The position numbers were made by a program, and so were the translations under genes. A stretch of DNA of 64,000 bases from an uncultured Candidatus Saccharibacteria bacterium (GTDB lineage Bacteria > Patescibacteriota > Saccharimonadia > CAILAD01 > BJGX01): contig CAYZYH010000003.1 of NCBI GenBank assembly GCA_964481235.1, positions 12,341 through 76,340 on the forward strand, read 5' to 3'. Positions 51,095 through 61,699 of this stretch are shown here, in pieces. A model generated the notes under the pieces. It had not been told where the DNA came from. It was given only the letters and a program-made list of their open reading frames with translations, and did not search any database. Position 1 is the stretch's first letter, and every line of letters begins with the position of its first letter.

Positions 51095-53977
51095 CTAAGG
51101 ATTTACCTTGGTAGACCCAACCATTGCATAGTCATTTATACCATCGTACGCCGACCCCGCCCAGGCATTCCAAACTATAACGCCACCACTAGAAGCTGTT
51201 GAGCCGGTAACAGGTGAGTTATTCATATATAAAACTGCCGAGAAAGAACCACTACCAGTTAAAGTACAAGATTTTGGTGGTGTACAGCTTAGGTTGTAGC
51301 TTGAGCTACCACCACCAACCGTTACGGCTACAGAATTACTTTGAGCACTATATAGTCCGGCGTCGTATACTTTGGCGTAATAACCATGTGGGCCATTGCC
51401 AGGAGTGTCATTTATGCTTACAGCGCCTCCTGCTCCAACACCTGTTGAGCTTATAAGATTACCATCTCTAAAAATATCTACTCTATTAACTGGGAATTTG
51501 CCACCAACAATATTGGCTGTTACGAGAACAGTAGATCCACTGACAGTGGCTGAGACACTTATAGAAGGCTGAGCGTCGCCACATTGATGAACATCGTCTT
51601 TGTCGGTCGGTACACTACCGCCAGAGCTATATCCCAGACTTCTAGCAAGTGCAGCTACAGGAGGATTCCAGCGGTTGAAAGATGGGTCGGTAGTTGGAAT
51701 TTCGGCATTCATTGTACTACCCGTAACTTCTTGTTTTGCTGCTTCTGGGGTACATTCGGTTGCTAACTTACCACTAACGGTATCTATAACTCCTTTTTGA
51801 TCACCATCAGCTTTGCTCAAGTTGTACCAACTAGAAAAAATATCCGTACGAGTTTTTTTACTCGTGGCTGTTGGCGTTTTACCAGTATTAGCATCTAAAG
51901 TAACCTGTTTTAATCTAGGATCTTGCACGAATTGCTCTACAGGAGTGTTGTCGGTGACGGCACGCATAAACTTATTCCAAATTGGTGCCGAGACTATACT
52001 AGCTGCTTGAGTCATTGGTTTATTATCATTATTTCCTGCCCAAACAGCAGTTACAATAGATGGAGTGTAGCCCATTGTCCAGGCGTCTTTATAGTCTTCA
52101 CTAGTACCAGTTTTGGCAGCTACTGGGCGATTGGGTAGTGTTAAGGGGTTGTTGCAACTAAATGCACCTAAGCTACAACGTGCAGCATTATCAGTCATGA
52201 TACTTGTTATTTCTGAAGTAATTTGGGGGTCTAGAACTTGCTTAGATTTATTGTTGTCGCCCGTATTGTCATCGACAGTCTTACCTGAAGGGTCGGTAAT
52301 TTTTAACCAGTAAATCTGATCATGCTTCTGGCCGTTGTTGGCGAGTACAGAAAATGCGTTTGCCATATCAACCATTTTAACTTCACCAGCACCTAGAGCT
52401 AAACTTAGGCCATACTCATCGGTGTTGCGGTCAAATGTAGTTATACCCATGTCTTTAGCGGTTCCCAGAAATTCGGTTTGACCACCAATGTAAAGAGCCT
52501 TCACTGCCGGAATATTAAGAGAACTAGCTAGAGCAGTTCTAGCGGATTGCACACCATAAAACCGCTTAGTATAGTTCTGGGGCTTATAACCTCCACCAAA
52601 ATCAGTCTGGACATCATAGAAAGTGCTACCTGGCCCCCAGTTTTTCTTAAATAAATTGGAGTAGACTATTGGCTTAATAGACGATCCTGGTTGTCTACGG
52701 GCAACAGCAACATTATAACTACCAAAATCTGGATTGTTGTAATCGTAACTACCAACCATTGCGAGTACCTCACCGTTTTTTGGGTCGGCTGCGGTAAGGG
52801 CAGCATTACTACCGCCGTTCGCCTGAACACTAGCCATATTAGATGCAACTGCATCCTCGGCTTGCTTTTGCTTATCATAATCTAGACTAGTTATCACTTT
52901 CAACCCACCCTCGTTCACTCTTTTTACTCCAAACTGATCTTCTAAAAGCTCACGAACGTATTGCACGAAATGTGGAGCCGTAACATTTGCATAAGGGTTG
53001 TAGGGCTTAAGTTGAGCTAGCACATCTACTTTCTTAGCTTCGTCAGCCTGTGCTTGGGTAATTTTCTTTTGTTCTACCATGAGGTCTAAAACCTTATCTT
53101 TTTTGGCAAGTAATGCTTCTTTATGGTTGCCATAAGGAGAATAGTAAGTGGGTGCTTGTGGCAAACTCGCCAACATAGCACACTGCGAAAGTGTAAGGTC
53201 TTTAGCATCAACCCCAAAAAATTGTTTTGAGCCAGCTTGAACACCATAGGCAGTTGAGCCATAAGGAATCTCGTTGAGATAAAGTTTTAGAATATCATCT
53301 TTCTTGTATAGCTGCTCTATTTCTATAGACAAGATTAATTCTTTGATTTTTCGACTATAGCTACGCTCTCCTGTGAGTAGGGCGTTTTTTACATATTGCT
53401 GGGTGATAGTTGAGCCACCACCCTTGGTAGGGTCTTTGAAAATAACACCGGTAAAAGCCCTGGCGATTCCTTTCGGACTAAACGCACCCTGTGAGTAAAA
53501 ATCCTTATCTTCTAATGACACTGTTGCGTCTTTTATGCATTGGGGCATCTGATTAAATTCAATAAGGCTTCTGTTTTTGTCACCATAAACCTCAACCAAT
53601 AAGTGCTCACCTGTTCTGTCATATAATTTGGTGGTCTGAGCGCTAGCTAAGGCGTTGATTTTATTCGGGCTAGGTAGATCTTTGGCAAACCAAGCAAATA
53701 CCGCTGCTATTAGCAGTAAGCCCGATAGTGCGCCAATAGCATAAAGCTTGAGAGCTTTTTTGCTACTCACTATCTTGAATACATGTTTTGGTTCAAGTTT
53801 TTTTACACCTTTTGCTGGTGGAACGGCTGGAACAAATAGCCAACCAAAAACTCCCCCCTTTTTCTTAGTGGGGGTATTGATGCGATTTGAACGCGAAATA
53901 GGTGTATTGGCGCTAGATTTTGAACCAGTACGTACTACTCGGCGTTTTCTTTTGCGGGGGTAGGGTTTTCTTGCCAT
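51095..53977 (-). CDS. class A penicillin-binding protein (transglycosylase/transpeptidase) with long terminal extensions
   Basis: 960 aa; GT51 motifs (EDKDFYSQGAFS.., GGSTITQQY), transpeptidase SxxK region; K/R-rich N-terminal tail before the TM; G/S/T-rich ~250-aa C-terminal extension. Confidence 0.85.
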   Translation of the reverse strand: MARKPYPRKRKRRVVRTGSKSSANTPISRSNRINTPTKKKGGVFGWLFVPAVPPAKGVKKLEPKHVFKIVSSKKALKLYAIGALSGLLLIAAVFAWFAKDLPSPNKINALASAQTTKLYDRTGEHLLVEVYGDKNRSLIEFNQMPQCIKDATVSLEDKDFYSQGAFSPKGIARAFTGVIFKDPTKGGGSTITQQYVKNALLTGERSYSRKIKELILSIEIEQLYKKDDILKLYLNEIPYGSTAYGVQAGSKQFFGVDAKDLTLSQCAMLASLPQAPTYYSPYGNHKEALLAKKDKVLDLMVEQKKITQAQADEAKKVDVLAQLKPYNPYANVTAPHFVQYVRELLEDQFGVKRVNEGGLKVITSLDYDKQKQAEDAVASNMASVQANGGSNAALTAADPKNGEVLAMVGSYDYNNPDFGSYNVAVARRQPGSSIKPIVYSNLFKKNWGPGSTFYDVQTDFGGGYKPQNYTKRFYGVQSARTALASSLNIPAVKALYIGGQTEFLGTAKDMGITTFDRNTDEYGLSLALGAGEVKMVDMANAFSVLANNGQKHDQIYWLKITDPSGKTVDDNTGDNNKSKQVLDPQITSEITSIMTDNAARCSLGAFSCNNPLTLPNRPVAAKTGTSEDYKDAWTMGYTPSIVTAVWAGNNDNKPMTQAASIVSAPIWNKFMRAVTDNTPVEQFVQDPRLKQVTLDANTGKTPTATSKKTRTDIFSSWYNLSKADGDQKGVIDTVSGKLATECTPEAAKQEVTGSTMNAEIPTTDPSFNRWNPPVAALARSLGYSSGGSVPTDKDDVHQCGDAQPSISVSATVSGSTVLVTANIVGGKFPVNRVDIFRDGNLISSTGVGAGGAVSINDTPGNGPHGYYAKVYDAGLYSAQSNSVAVTVGGGSSSYNLSCTPPKSCTLTGSGSFSAVLYMNNSPVTGSTASSGGVIVWNAWAGSAYDGINDYAMVGSTKVNP

Positions 53978-54070
53978 TTATAGTTTATTCTTTACTTATG
54001 ATTATATACAAAAAACGAGTCTACCGCTATAATGTGACTAGATTACTACTCTAAAATAGTTCAAAAAAAT

Positions 54071-55249
54071 ATGACAAAAAACGATCAAGAAAGAATAGAC
54101 CAGTTGCTTACCCGAAATGTAGAAGATTTAATTGTAAAAGAAGAAATTATTAAAAAACTTCTTTCTGGCAAAAAACTTCGCATAAAGCTCGGTATAGACC
54201 CAACTAACCCACAAATTCATATAGGTAGGGCTACTACTTTATGGAAACTACGTGAGTTTCAAGACCTAGGCCATAAAATAACGCTTGTGATAGGAACATT
54301 TACGGGTGTCATTGGTGATGCAAGCGATAAAGACAGTGAGCGCCCAATGATAGAGAAAAAGGTTATTGAAGAAAACGCTAAATTATACGCCAAGCAGATT
54401 GGCAGAATACTAGACATTAGCAAAGTAGAGTTTTTTTATAATGGTGATTGGTTTAACAAAATGAAGCTGCAAGATTTTTTTAAACTAACTAAGCTTTTTA
54501 CAATCCAACAAATGACCGAGAGAGAGAATTTTGCCAAGCGTATAAAGGCTAATAAACCGGTTGGCATTCAAGAAACCCTTTACCCAATGCTACAGGGTTA
54601 CGACTCGGTAGAAATGAAGACAGACATAGAGGTAGGTGGTACAGACCAGCTATTTAATTTATTGGCAGGGAGAACTGTGCAAAAAGCCTATGGTCAAGAA
54701 CCCCAAAGTGTAATGACATTCCATTTAATGGAAGGTACAGATGGACGTAAGATGAGCTCCAGTTGGGGAAATTGTATATACATAAATGACGAGCCAAGCG
54801 ACATGTATGCCAAAGTAATGACCATACGCGATGAGCTAATACCTAGCTACTTTAGGATGGCTACTGACGTTCCATTAAATATTATTGATCAAATAGAAAA
54901 AGATATGGCTGCCGGTGACAATCCGCGTGATACCAAAGCAAGTTTGGCACGGGCTATTGTGGCCCGCTACAACGGTGAAAAAGCGGCCTTAAACGCCGAA
55001 GCTATCTGGAACAAGCAATTTAGGGAAGGTGAAAAACCAAAAAACATAGATACTATCAAGATTAAGCCCGGTAGACTTGTAGACCTTATAGGTATGCATT
55101 TTGATTTAAGTAAGTCAGAGGTAAAACGCATTATTGAACAGAGTGGTGTGCGGGTAGATGACGAAGTGGTCAAAGATATTGAATTTGTACTAAAAAAATC
55201 TGCTTTGATTCAGGTAGGCAAACGCCGTTTTGTGAAGTTTCGTATTTAA
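54071..55249 (+). CDS. tyrS: tyrosine--tRNA ligase
   Basis: HIGR (HIGH) and KMSSS (KMSKS) class-I motifs; C-terminal S4-like segment; 392 aa. Confidence 0.75.
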   Translation: MTKNDQERIDQLLTRNVEDLIVKEEIIKKLLSGKKLRIKLGIDPTNPQIHIGRATTLWKLREFQDLGHKITLVIGTFTGVIGDASDKDSERPMIEKKVIEENAKLYAKQIGRILDISKVEFFYNGDWFNKMKLQDFFKLTKLFTIQQMTERENFAKRIKANKPVGIQETLYPMLQGYDSVEMKTDIEVGGTDQLFNLLAGRTVQKAYGQEPQSVMTFHLMEGTDGRKMSSSWGNCIYINDEPSDMYAKVMTIRDELIPSYFRMATDVPLNIIDQIEKDMAAGDNPRDTKASLARAIVARYNGEKAALNAEAIWNKQFREGEKPKNIDTIKIKPGRLVDLIGMHFDLSKSEVKRIIEQSGVRVDDEVVKDIEFVLKKSALIQVGKRRFVKFRI

Positions 55250-55325
55250 AATATCTATGAGCCAAGTCTTTTTAGTGAATATCAATAAAGTCGAGTTCGG
55301 CATTTGTTCGTGCTAAAATAAAGTT

Positions 55326-57368
55326 ATGAGTAAACTTAGTTTAGAAAGCCCCGTATCGGTACTGAGTGGGGTTGGTCCGGTTATAGAAAAGGGCTTACAC
55401 CAACTAAATATTAAAACCATTAAGGATTTAATATTGTATTTTCCTAGGCGTTGGGAGGATTTTAGTAAAATAAGTAAACTAAAAAATATAAAACCTGGAC
55501 GAGTAGCGGTGAGTTGCGAAATAGAGCAGATAAACGTACGACGCAGCGCACGCAATAAGCGTTTAACTATTACAGAGGCAATTTTATCTGACGGAACTGG
55601 CACTATTAAAGCGGTGTGGTTTAATCAACCCTATTTAGTAAACACTCTAAAAAAAGACCAAACATATCTATTTTCTGGTCAATTTGAGTTCAAAAATAAC
55701 TACCTCAGTCTAAATAGTCCTACTTTTGAGATAGCTAACCAAAGCAATAATAAAGGCAAGATATATAGCATATATTCAGAGAATAGTATAATTTCGTCAA
55801 AGATTATTCAAAAGCTCATTGGTCAAGTAATACATTTATGTGATGAAATAAACGACGATTTGCCTGTTGAGTTCGAAAAGCGCTACAACCTTATAAACTA
55901 CTCAAAAGCAGTTAAGAATCTACATCAGCCAGACGACATGAATCTGGTAGAGTTGGCAAAAGAACGAATGAGTTTTGTTGAGTTATTTGAGTTGGTGTTG
56001 ACTGGGTTGGTAATAAAAAACGACATAAAAACCGAAGTATCGCCTAAAATCGACTTTAGTCTTGAAGTGGTAGAATCTGTACTAAAACAGCTTAGTTTTA
56101 ATTTAACCGACGCTCAGAGAAAAGTGTCTTGGCAAATATTTAAAGATCTCGAAAAATCCAAACCTATGAATAGAATGCTAGAAGGTGATGTGGGCTCAGG
56201 AAAAACTATGATATCGCTTCTGGCAATCGCTATGACTGTTAACTCTGGTTATCAAACAGCATTAATGGTGCCAACAGAGATTTTGGCGCGCCAACACCTT
56301 GCTACTTTTAAAAATATCTTAAACTCTTTAAATATTAAATGTGAGCTGTTGGTAGCGGCACTCAAACCATCAGAAAAAACCAAGTTGCAAACAAATATCT
56401 TAAACGGTGATATACAAGTTGTTATTGGTACGCACGCACTACTATCTACTGGTGTAGAATTTAACAAATTAGGGCTTATAGTAATAGATGAACAACATAG
56501 ATTTGGGGTAAACCAGCGAAGAGCCCTCAAGACCAAAGCCAGTTTTATGCCACATGTACTCACAATGACGGCAACACCAATACCGCGAAGTTTAGCTTTA
56601 GTAGTCTATGGCGATCTTGATGTATCAATAATTGATGAACTTCCGCCGGGTAGAAAGCCAGTTGAAACTAAGGTGGTTCGCGAGATAGACAGAAGAATGG
56701 TTTATGGTTTTGTTGATCAATTAATTCAACAAGGTCAGCAAGTGTTTATTATTTGCCCAAGTATAGCGCAAAACGACTTAAGTGGTATGAAGTCTTTAGA
56801 GTCAGAATATATAAGACTTCAAAAAACTGTCTTCAATCATCGTAAAATTGCCATGTTACACGGCAAGATGAAACAAAAAGACAAATCCAAAATAATGGAT
56901 GACTTCAGATTAGGTAAATACAATATACTATTAGCAACAACAGTAATTGAGGTGGGTGTAGATGTACCCAATGCCACAGTCTTGATGGTTGAAAATGCTG
57001 AAAGATTTGGCTTGGCTACACTCCATCAGCTGCGTGGTCGAGTTGGAAGGAGCAAGCTCCAGTCGCATTGTTATTTGATGTCTGAAACTGATAACCCACA
57101 GTCTTATAACAGGCTTAAAGCTCTTGAAAAAACTAATGATGGGTTTAGACTAGCACAAATAGACCTAGAGCTTAGAGGACCAGGTGAAATATATGGCCAA
57201 ATGCAGCATGGTGTATTGGATTTACGCTTTGCCAATGTCTTTGACACTACTATGCTGGCAAAAGTTCGTGAAGCAGCTCATTCTATGGTAGCAAGTGAAA
57301 ATATGCTACAATATTCCAACATAGTTAAACGAATTAATGTACTCAAAAAACTAACCTCACTAGACTAA
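55326..57368 (+). CDS. recG: ATP-dependent DNA helicase RecG
   Basis: 680 aa; wedge/OB N-terminus, helicase motifs GDVGSGKT, DEQH, and the TAT/QLRGRVGR region. Confidence 0.9.
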   Translation: MSKLSLESPVSVLSGVGPVIEKGLHQLNIKTIKDLILYFPRRWEDFSKISKLKNIKPGRVAVSCEIEQINVRRSARNKRLTITEAILSDGTGTIKAVWFNQPYLVNTLKKDQTYLFSGQFEFKNNYLSLNSPTFEIANQSNNKGKIYSIYSENSIISSKIIQKLIGQVIHLCDEINDDLPVEFEKRYNLINYSKAVKNLHQPDDMNLVELAKERMSFVELFELVLTGLVIKNDIKTEVSPKIDFSLEVVESVLKQLSFNLTDAQRKVSWQIFKDLEKSKPMNRMLEGDVGSGKTMISLLAIAMTVNSGYQTALMVPTEILARQHLATFKNILNSLNIKCELLVAALKPSEKTKLQTNILNGDIQVVIGTHALLSTGVEFNKLGLIVIDEQHRFGVNQRRALKTKASFMPHVLTMTATPIPRSLALVVYGDLDVSIIDELPPGRKPVETKVVREIDRRMVYGFVDQLIQQGQQVFIICPSIAQNDLSGMKSLESEYIRLQKTVFNHRKIAMLHGKMKQKDKSKIMDDFRLGKYNILLATTVIEVGVDVPNATVLMVENAERFGLATLHQLRGRVGRSKLQSHCYLMSETDNPQSYNRLKALEKTNDGFRLAQIDLELRGPGEIYGQMQHGVLDLRFANVFDTTMLAKVREAAHSMVASENMLQYSNIVKRINVLKKLTSLD

Positions 57369-57373
57369 ATAAT

Positions 57374-58147
57374 ATGAATTCTGGCGTCATCACATACTTC
57401 ACAAAAGGAAAATTATTCAACTCTGTTGGAACACATCAAAAGTTTGATAAAACAGCATATAGAATACTTCTGCCCAACATAGAAAAAGACAAGTTTCCAA
57501 CAAAGTCTCTAATACTAAGTTTTGAGGGAATGGGTGGACCTGATGGTTTAAAATTTAAAGGCAAATACAAATCGGATCACCTATGGGACCCAATTAATCA
57601 AATTGGTTTCTTACCATTATGGATAGAAATACATTTTAAAAACCTTATAATTGCACTTAAGAAAGACGATGTTGTTAAGGCATCTTTTGAGGCTGGATTT
57701 TTAGCACACTATCTTACTGATAGCCTTACACCAGCCCATCACGTGAGTAATAAATTAATAACTGCCGAATACGAAAATTCTAGTAAAGCTCGATTGGGTT
57801 GGCTTTATTTTGGGCGTAAAGGACTAGTGAGCTCACACGTAATGTTTGAAACCGGAGTCTCTACCACAGTGGCTTTAAATAGACTTAGAATAAAGTTTGA
57901 TGAAAATCTATATGAAAGAATTCAAAAAGACGGTATTAAAAAGGTTGTAGAAGAAGAGTCGTTAAGAATAGCAAAACTAGACCTGTATGATCAATTTTTA
58001 AAAAAGGGCTGGTCGGCAAGTTTGGCAAAAACTGTCAAGACAGTGGTAGTAAGAAGAATCCCTCAACTTATTTCGGCAGCTTGGTTGGCTGCATATGTTC
58101 AGGCCGGCTATGATCGGCAACAAGAGACCAAGGCTGTTCAAAAGTAA
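57374..58147 (+). CDS. hypothetical protein (257 aa), possible Zn-dependent phospholipase C / S1-P1 nuclease-like fold
   Basis: H..D..H-rich segments (SDHLWDP, AHYLTDSLTPAHH); 3' end overlaps purF convergently by 80 nt. Confidence 0.4.
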   Translation: MNSGVITYFTKGKLFNSVGTHQKFDKTAYRILLPNIEKDKFPTKSLILSFEGMGGPDGLKFKGKYKSDHLWDPINQIGFLPLWIEIHFKNLIIALKKDDVVKASFEAGFLAHYLTDSLTPAHHVSNKLITAEYENSSKARLGWLYFGRKGLVSSHVMFETGVSTTVALNRLRIKFDENLYERIQKDGIKKVVEEESLRIAKLDLYDQFLKKGWSASLAKTVKTVVVRRIPQLISAAWLAAYVQAGYDRQQETKAVQK

Positions 58148-59519
58148 TCTCCAAGGTTCTTTCGCCTATATCTATAGGGTAAATCCCGGTAAAACATGCA
58201 CAACAGAGCTTATCTTCTTGTACACCAACTGCATCAATCATACCTCTATAAGATAAAAACTCTAGACTATCGGCCTTGGTGTATTTACATATTTCTGCGA
58301 TTGTTTTTCGTGAAGCTATTAGCTTGCTCTGGTCTGGAGTGTCAATTCCGTAAAAGTCGGGAAACCTAATAGGCGGTGAACTAACTCTTACATGTATTTC
58401 TCTTGCTCCGGCTCGACGTAGCATTGCTACAATTTTGTTCATTGTTGTGCCTCGCACAATTGAGTCATCCACCAACACAATTCTTTTTCCGCTCAAATGT
58501 TCTGGCAGAGGGTTGAGTTTCATATGCACGGCTCTTTCTCGTAGATCTTGGGTAGGGGCGATAAATGTCCTATGTATGTATCTATTTTTTATGAGACCAT
58601 GATCAAATTCTATGCCGAGTGTGTTGGCATAACCAAGAGCAGCTGGTATAGCAGAGTCTGGTACTGGTATTACAAGATCAGCATTGGCTGGAAATTCATT
58701 AGCTAACTGTACACCGAGTTTACGACGTACCTCGTTAACCAACTTACCTGCTAGCACACTGTCTGGTCTAGCAAAATATATGAACTCGAAAACCTCTAGT
58801 TTGGGGTCGGGCTGTTGAATCTGCCAACTTCTAATTCCTTTTTTATTTATTCGAATGAGTTCGCCTGGCTTAACATCGCGTAATAGGGTTGCACCAACCA
58901 TATCGAAAGCACAAGTTTCAGAAGCTACAATATATCCGTTTTCTAATTCACCAATACTGAGTGGTCTTACACCACATTTATCTCTAAATGCATAAATAGC
59001 GTTTTTTGTAAGCATTGTACAGCTGAATACTCCGCTGAAAAGAGGCCAGGCTAAACGTATAGCTTGTTCGGCGGTTTTTCCGTGATATATATAGTATCTA
59101 ATAGCATCAGACATCATTTCGCTATCGTTACTACCTCGCTTATAAATTTTCTTAGATTTTAGAAACTCTTTTAGCAACACTGTTGAAGGCAGGTTACCGT
59201 TATGTGCAAGGGCAACAACATCGTCACCTCGTAAGACCGGTTGCATATGGGTATCGTGTTTACCTCCAGAAGTTGCATATCGATTGTGTCCAATTGCTAA
59301 GTTGCCATGAAGTTTTTGAAGATCTTCTTCGCGGTAAACTTGCGCTACCAAGCCTGCACCTCGATGTGAAAAAAACTGTCCATCATCTACCGTAACTATA
59401 CCAGAGCTCTCTTGACCTCGGTGTTGAAGTGCGGATAAAGAAAAATATGCTAATCTAGCTGCAGACTCATTAGTGGTAAAAACAGCCGTAACGGCACATT
59501 TTTCTTTTAGTTTTGACAA
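58068..59519 (-). CDS. purF: amidophosphoribosyltransferase
   Basis: 483 aa; N-terminal Cys (MSKLKEKCAVTAVF) Ntn-glutaminase and C-terminal PRTase motif (VLVDDSIVRGTT). Confidence 0.85.
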   Translation of the reverse strand: MSKLKEKCAVTAVFTTNESAARLAYFSLSALQHRGQESSGIVTVDDGQFFSHRGAGLVAQVYREEDLQKLHGNLAIGHNRYATSGGKHDTHMQPVLRGDDVVALAHNGNLPSTVLLKEFLKSKKIYKRGSNDSEMMSDAIRYYIYHGKTAEQAIRLAWPLFSGVFSCTMLTKNAIYAFRDKCGVRPLSIGELENGYIVASETCAFDMVGATLLRDVKPGELIRINKKGIRSWQIQQPDPKLEVFEFIYFARPDSVLAGKLVNEVRRKLGVQLANEFPANADLVIPVPDSAIPAALGYANTLGIEFDHGLIKNRYIHRTFIAPTQDLRERAVHMKLNPLPEHLSGKRIVLVDDSIVRGTTMNKIVAMLRRAGAREIHVRVSSPPIRFPDFYGIDTPDQSKLIASRKTIAEICKYTKADSLEFLSYRGMIDAVGVQEDKLCCACFTGIYPIDIGERTLEITFEQPWSLVADHSRPEHMQPTKLPK

Positions 59520-59553
59520 AGTTTCCCTCCTTAGTTAAATATATTGTATCATA

Positions 59554-60096
59554 GTGCATATGTTACAAATAATTGGTGGCGAATTTAAATCTCGTAAAAT
59601 CTTGCAGCCCAGCAATACAAAAACTCGTCCAGTGAGTCAAAAAGTGCGAGAGGCAATTTTTAATGTACTAAGCACTAGAGTAGAAGGCGCACAGGTTGCA
59701 GACCTATTTGCTGGTTCAGGAGCACTAGGTATTGAGGCGTTGAGTAGGGGGGCAGATTTCGCTGTATTTGTAGAAAAAGACCCGAGGGCTTTAAGTATGA
59801 TAAAAAACAACATACAAAAACTTGGTTTAACGAGTCGATCAAGTGTAATACACTCAAGCGTTAAAAACTATATTGAGTCGACAAGTGAGTTAAAGGATAT
59901 TATATTATTAGATCCACCATATGTTGACTTTAATATAGAACTAGTCAACATGGTGATTAATCTGTTAAAATCAACTGGTGTGATTGTGGTAAGTTGTTCT
60001 AGAAACGCCAGCTTAACCGAGTTGAGGAAGGAATATAAAATTGCTCAACAAAAAATTTACGGTGATACACAGATTGTTTATATAATAAAACAATAA
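59554..60096 (+). CDS. rsmD: 16S rRNA (guanine966-N2)-methyltransferase
   Basis: 180 aa; SAM motif DLFAGSGALGIEALSRGA and DPPY. Confidence 0.8.
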   Translation: MHMLQIIGGEFKSRKILQPSNTKTRPVSQKVREAIFNVLSTRVEGAQVADLFAGSGALGIEALSRGADFAVFVEKDPRALSMIKNNIQKLGLTSRSSVIHSSVKNYIESTSELKDIILLDPPYVDFNIELVNMVINLLKSTGVIVVSCSRNASLTELRKEYKIAQQKIYGDTQIVYIIKQ

Positions 60097-60101
60097 CTTA
60101 T

Positions 60102-60188
60102 GCGGATGTGGTGGAATTGGTAGACACGCTAGCCTTAGGAGCTAGTGGGGTAAAACCCGTGAAGGTTCAAGTCCTTTCATCCGCACCA
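60102..60188 (+). tRNA. tRNA-Leu(TAG)
   Basis: Long variable arm; anticodon loop CTTAGGA; GGTTCAAGTCC T-arm; CCA encoded. Confidence 0.85.
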
Positions 60189-60307
60189 TGCAATTATAAT
60201 TACAAAACAACAACGTCTTTGTTTGATGTGTATGTACTAAAGGGCTTCGGTATTTTACCGGAGCCTACTTCTTTATTGATTAAACTTCTGATAACATCAA
60301 TACAGTT

Positions 60308-61612
60308 ATGAATTCTAACAAGCTAACAATAGTAGGGGGAAAACCTCTAAAAGGTGAGATATCTTTACGTGGTGCCAAAAATGCGTTGCCTAAAATAATG
60401 GTCGCTGCATTACTAAGCAATGATGAATCAATAATATCAAATGTATCAGATATATCGGATGTTGAAATTGTAACCAATATGATAAATCTTTTAGGTGGAT
60501 CGGTCGAGGAGGTTGTTCCTGGAACCATCAAGATAGTATCAAAAAATCTTAAGCTTGTTTCAGCTAAAGAATTGCACGAAGTTGCTGGTACTAGTAGAAT
60601 ACCAATTCTTTTTGCGGGCCCTCTCTTACATCGTTTGGGTCGAGCTGTGTTACCATCTCTAGGAGGCTGCAAAATTGGTACGAGGCCAGTTGATTTTCAT
60701 CTGTCTGCCCTACAAAAACTTGGTGCCATAGAACATGATATAGTTGGTGGTTTTGAACTTTCAGCCCAAAAGCTGCATGGTACCAAAATTACTCTAGATT
60801 ATCCTAGCGTGATGGCTACCGAACAGATATTAATCAGTGCGTCATTAGCCGAAGGCGTGACCGAGATAAGTAATGCAGCAGTTGAGCCGGAGATAATTGA
60901 TCTTATATGTGTTTTGCAAAAAATGGGTGCCATAATTTCTGTTGATACCGATAGAGTAATCTCAATTAGGGGCGTAAAAAAGCTTCGTGGTTTTAACCAC
61001 AAAGTAATGCCAGACCGTATTGAAGCGGGTAGTTGGGCTTGTGCAGCGGCAGCAACAAATGGAAGAATATTTGTTCGCGAAGCAAGACAAGCGGATATGA
61101 TGGCCTTTTTAAACGCCTTTAGACTGATTGGTGGAGAATATAACGTTACTGATAATGGTATTGAGTTTTGGCGTGGTAGCACTACTAAGCCAATTAGTTT
61201 AGAGACCGATGTTCATCCTGGTTTTATGACCGATTGGCAACAACCTTTTACAGTTTTGCTTACTCAGATAGACGGTCTTTCTACTATTCATGAGACGGTT
61301 TATGAAGATAGGTTTGGATTCACAAATGTACTAAACGATATGGGCGCAAAAATTCAGCTCTACCAAAACTGTTTGGGCAAACTACCATGTCGTTTTGCTC
61401 AATCCAATTACCAACATAGTGCAGTTATTTCTGGCCCTACAAAACTAAAAGGAGGGACTATAAAAGTTCCAGATCTTAGAGCTGGTTTTAGTTATGTTAT
61501 TGCTGCTTTGGTTGCCAAAGGAGAAACCACAATTACAAACATAAATATAATAGAGCGTGGCTATGAGCAGTTTGAAGATAAGTTAAGGGGAATAGGCGCA
61601 GATATAAAGTAA
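60308..61612 (+). CDS. murA: UDP-N-acetylglucosamine 1-carboxyvinyltransferase
   Basis: 434 aa; typical MurA N-terminus (..LTIVGGKPLKGEISLRGAKNA..) and EPSP-synthase fold length. Confidence 0.9.
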   Translation: MNSNKLTIVGGKPLKGEISLRGAKNALPKIMVAALLSNDESIISNVSDISDVEIVTNMINLLGGSVEEVVPGTIKIVSKNLKLVSAKELHEVAGTSRIPILFAGPLLHRLGRAVLPSLGGCKIGTRPVDFHLSALQKLGAIEHDIVGGFELSAQKLHGTKITLDYPSVMATEQILISASLAEGVTEISNAAVEPEIIDLICVLQKMGAIISVDTDRVISIRGVKKLRGFNHKVMPDRIEAGSWACAAAATNGRIFVREARQADMMAFLNAFRLIGGEYNVTDNGIEFWRGSTTKPISLETDVHPGFMTDWQQPFTVLLTQIDGLSTIHETVYEDRFGFTNVLNDMGAKIQLYQNCLGKLPCRFAQSNYQHSAVISGPTKLKGGTIKVPDLRAGFSYVIAALVAKGETTITNINIIERGYEQFEDKLRGIGADIK

Positions 61613-61699
61613 ATTTTCAAATTCTATTGACACGCCCACGTGTAATCTGTTAAACTGGTTTTTATCTTTTGTACCTTGTAATATGCTGTTTTACTTTAA

